In this document: in pieces, positions 61,746-64,000 of the stretch
Position numbering within the stretch: the stretch's first letter is position 1
Layout of the letters: each line of letters opens with the position of its first letter
Assembly (NCBI GenBank): GCA_965203275.1
Contig: OZ241865.1
Coordinates: 320,001-384,000, forward strand
Direction: 5' to 3'
Length of the DNA stretch: 64,000 nt
Source of the DNA: Bdellovibrionales bacterium
GTDB taxonomy: Bacteria > Bdellovibrionota > Bdellovibrionia > Bdellovibrionales > JAUICD01
Program-made: the position numbers and the translations under genes
Notes under the pieces: generated by a model
Databases searched by the model: none
The model's input: only the letters and a program-made list of their open reading frames with translations
Told to the model about the DNA's origin: nothing

Positions 61746-62800
61746 TCCGGGATCCGGGATCTGGCATCCGGCAACCGGCAACCCGGGATCCGGGATCTGG
61801 GATCTGGGATCCGGCAACCGGCAACCCGGGATCCGGCAGTCAGGCATCAGGCAACAGATCCCGGAACCCGGAATGCCTGCTTGCCTGATCCCGGATCCCG
61901 GGACCCGGGATCTGGGATCTGGGAACCGGCAACCCGGCATCAAAATGACTTTTTCCTTAACATGTAGTTAAGAGATGAGGAGATCCTCCTTACTAAAAAT
62001 AAACGGATTTTTGAGGCAATCAGCCTTTGATCGACGATCCTTTTATTCCTCTACACCATGTTAGGGAAACAAGATATTCGAGAGCCGTCGGGCTGATTGC
62101 CCAAAAACAGCCAGAGGCTGGTTTATTTTTAGTGAAACAACTCCTTAACATTGTGTTTATCCGGAATCTAGGATCCGGGATCTGGCAACCGGCAACCCGG
62201 CATCAGAAAGAACTCTTTTTCCTTAACATGGTGTCAAAAAACGAAGAGATTCTTCCTACTAAAAATAAACGGATTTTTGAGGTTGCCAGCATTTAAGAAG
62301 GCGAATAGCCTTCGGCTGGCAACCCAAAAGTGACCAGAGGTCAGTTTACTTTTAGTGAAACAAACTCCTTAACATCGTGTTTTTCCGGGATACGGGATCA
62401 GGAAACCGGCAACCCGGCATCAGAAAGAACTCTTTTTCCTTAACATGGTGTCAAAAAACGAAGAGATTCTTCCTACTAAAAATAAACGGATTTTTGAGGC
62501 AATCAGCCTTTGATCGACGACGAAAGTCGTCGGGCTGATTGCCCAAAAACAGCCAGAGGCTGGTTTATTTTTAGTGAAACAACTCCTTAACATCGTGTTT
62601 TTCCGGGATACGGGATCAGGAAACCGGCAACCCGGCATCAGAAGGAAATCTTTTTCCTTAACATGGTGTCAAAAAACGAAGAGATCCTCCTCTACTCAAA
62701 ATAAATGAATTTTCTAGGCAGTTAGCCTTTGATCGACGACGACAGTCGTCGGGCTAACTGCCAGAAAACATGCCAGAGGCATGATTTATTTTGAGTGAAA
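61746..62800. repeat. Long heptamer run (61746-61942) plus structured repeat cluster
   Basis: ccgggat/ctgggat/ccggcaa heptamers; units at ~62220-62358, 62437-62577 and 62654-62797. Confidence 0.9.
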
Positions 62801-62929
62801 ATAATACAAACTATAAGAAAAATTTATGCATAGAGGATTTTTTATTTTACATACTTCATTTATTATATTATGACTTTTTTAAAATTAAAAACAGCAATTC
62901 AAACATAACAAAAACAGGAGGATTAAAAT

Positions 62930-64000
62930 ATGAGAAAACAACTTAGATGGACTATAACTGATCCAACAAGACCTATGCTTTATCTATATCCTATAGATAG
63001 CGTAAGTCTTTCACCTATGACTATTTTAAATCGTATATCTATTGGTCAAAGTTCAAGCAATCATTTGCAATTACCTTGCTCTGGTGTGTCAAAATACCAT
63101 TTGTGCATTGAAAAAAGCGATAAAGGCTTTCTTGCTAGAGATTTAGGGAGTGAGACAGGCACTTACTTAAACGGAACTCATATCAATGAAGCCTATTTAT
63201 CTGAAGGAGATCGCTTAAGGATAGGTCATCAAGAATGGCTGATCTCTTTTATCCATAAAGACAATCACTTCCAAGAAGAAAATAATACTTATCTTCAATC
63301 TCAAAACGAAGTATGGAATAAAAGTCTACAATGCTTATCAAGGTATAGTAAAAAAGACTTACCTATTTTACTTCAAGGAGAATCAGGTGTAGGCAAGGAA
63401 GTCATTGCAAGGCATATCCATGACAAGTCTCCTCGCCGGCATGGTTTATTTGTTGCTGTGAATTGTAGTTCTCTTAAAGATTCTTTGATAGAAAGTGAAC
63501 TTTTTGGCCATATTAAAGGTAGTTTTACAGGAGCTACTTCTAATCGAAAAGGAGCATTTGAAGCAGCTCGCAGGGGAACTTTGTTTTTAGATGAAATAGG
63601 AGATCTTGATATTCATCTTCAACCTAAACTTTTAAGAGCTATTGAAAACAAAGAAATCCGTCCTGTAGGAAGTGATTCTACAATTAAAACAGACGTAAGA
63701 ATCATTGCAGCCACTCATAGAGATCTACCATCATTGATTCTACAGGATAAATTTCGATCTGATCTTTTCTTTAGATTAAATGTGATTCAAATAAAGATCC
63801 CAGCTCTAAGAGAACGTATGGAAGATTTTGAAAGCATTTTATTCAAATTTGCAAGAGAGATGCAGGTAAAATTCCATCAACCTGTGATTCAAAAAATTAA
63901 AGGATATCATTGGCCGGGTAATATCAGGGAGTTAAAGAACTTTGTAGCTCGTGCATCTGTTGTATGCAAAGATAAAGTGTGTGTTACTGATTTACCATAT
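62930..64000 (+). CDS. FHA-domain sigma54-dependent enhancer-binding activator (runs off the window end)
   Basis: My translation gives an FHA-like region (IG..S...VSKYH..DLGSETGTYLNG), GESGVGKE, ESELFGH.KGSFTGA, GTLFLDEIG and WPGNIREL; RBS aggagga. Confidence 0.9.
   Translation, partial: MRKQLRWTITDPTRPMLYLYPIDSVSLSPMTILNRISIGQSSSNHLQLPCSGVSKYHLCIEKSDKGFLARDLGSETGTYLNGTHINEAYLSEGDRLRIGHQEWLISFIHKDNHFQEENNTYLQSQNEVWNKSLQCLSRYSKKDLPILLQGESGVGKEVIARHIHDKSPRRHGLFVAVNCSSLKDSLIESELFGHIKGSFTGATSNRKGAFEAARRGTLFLDEIGDLDIHLQPKLLRAIENKEIRPVGSDSTIKTDVRIIAATHRDLPSLILQDKFRSDLFFRLNVIQIKIPALRERMEDFESILFKFAREMQVKFHQPVIQKIKGYHWPGNIRELKNFVARASVVCKDKVCVTDLPY

Noticed and set aside
61671..61943. Pro/Gly/Arg-rich ORF (also 37694-37882)
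   Set aside because: It is a translation of heptamer repeats.

Overview
AT-rich bacterial chromosomal window, most likely from a Bdellovibrionota member. The evidence is MglA with the P-loop GPSLGGKT (Ser at the G21 position) and no adjacent mglB, four type IVa pilins, a Tgl/PilF-like TPR lipoprotein, and an FHA-sigma54 activator. Several ankyrin proteins hint at a host-associated lifestyle. Housekeeping genes (gshA, sucB, ihfA, rpsT, nrdA, dppA x2, purS/purC, glyA, cca, mdh, tgt, fkpA, ihfB-like, ETF-QO, nfeD, tRNA-Val) are interspersed with accessory DNA. Three things stand out. (1) A Cas8-less type I CRISPR-Cas locus that appears chimeric: I-F2 (I-Fv)-like Cas7fv/Cas5fv, a Cas6e-like endonuclease, stand-alone Cas3, a stand-alone I-E-like Cas2, and a 13-repeat array. 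(2) A ~345-bp segment bracketed by inverted, tyrosine-recombinase-like palindromic sites upstream of two pilin genes, with a third diverged copy in the opposite orientation relative to a pilin pair; this is a candidate invertible-promoter (phase variation) system. (3) A ~140-nt intergenic repeat family (roughly 30 full or partial copies by eye) whose stems covary extensively, so structure is conserved rather than sequence. Also present are an intact IS256 with an 8-bp target duplication, an Rpn gene with an internal start, GC-rich heptamer repeats and three sigma54-type promoters. All family assignments come from motif recognition by eye; no searches were run.
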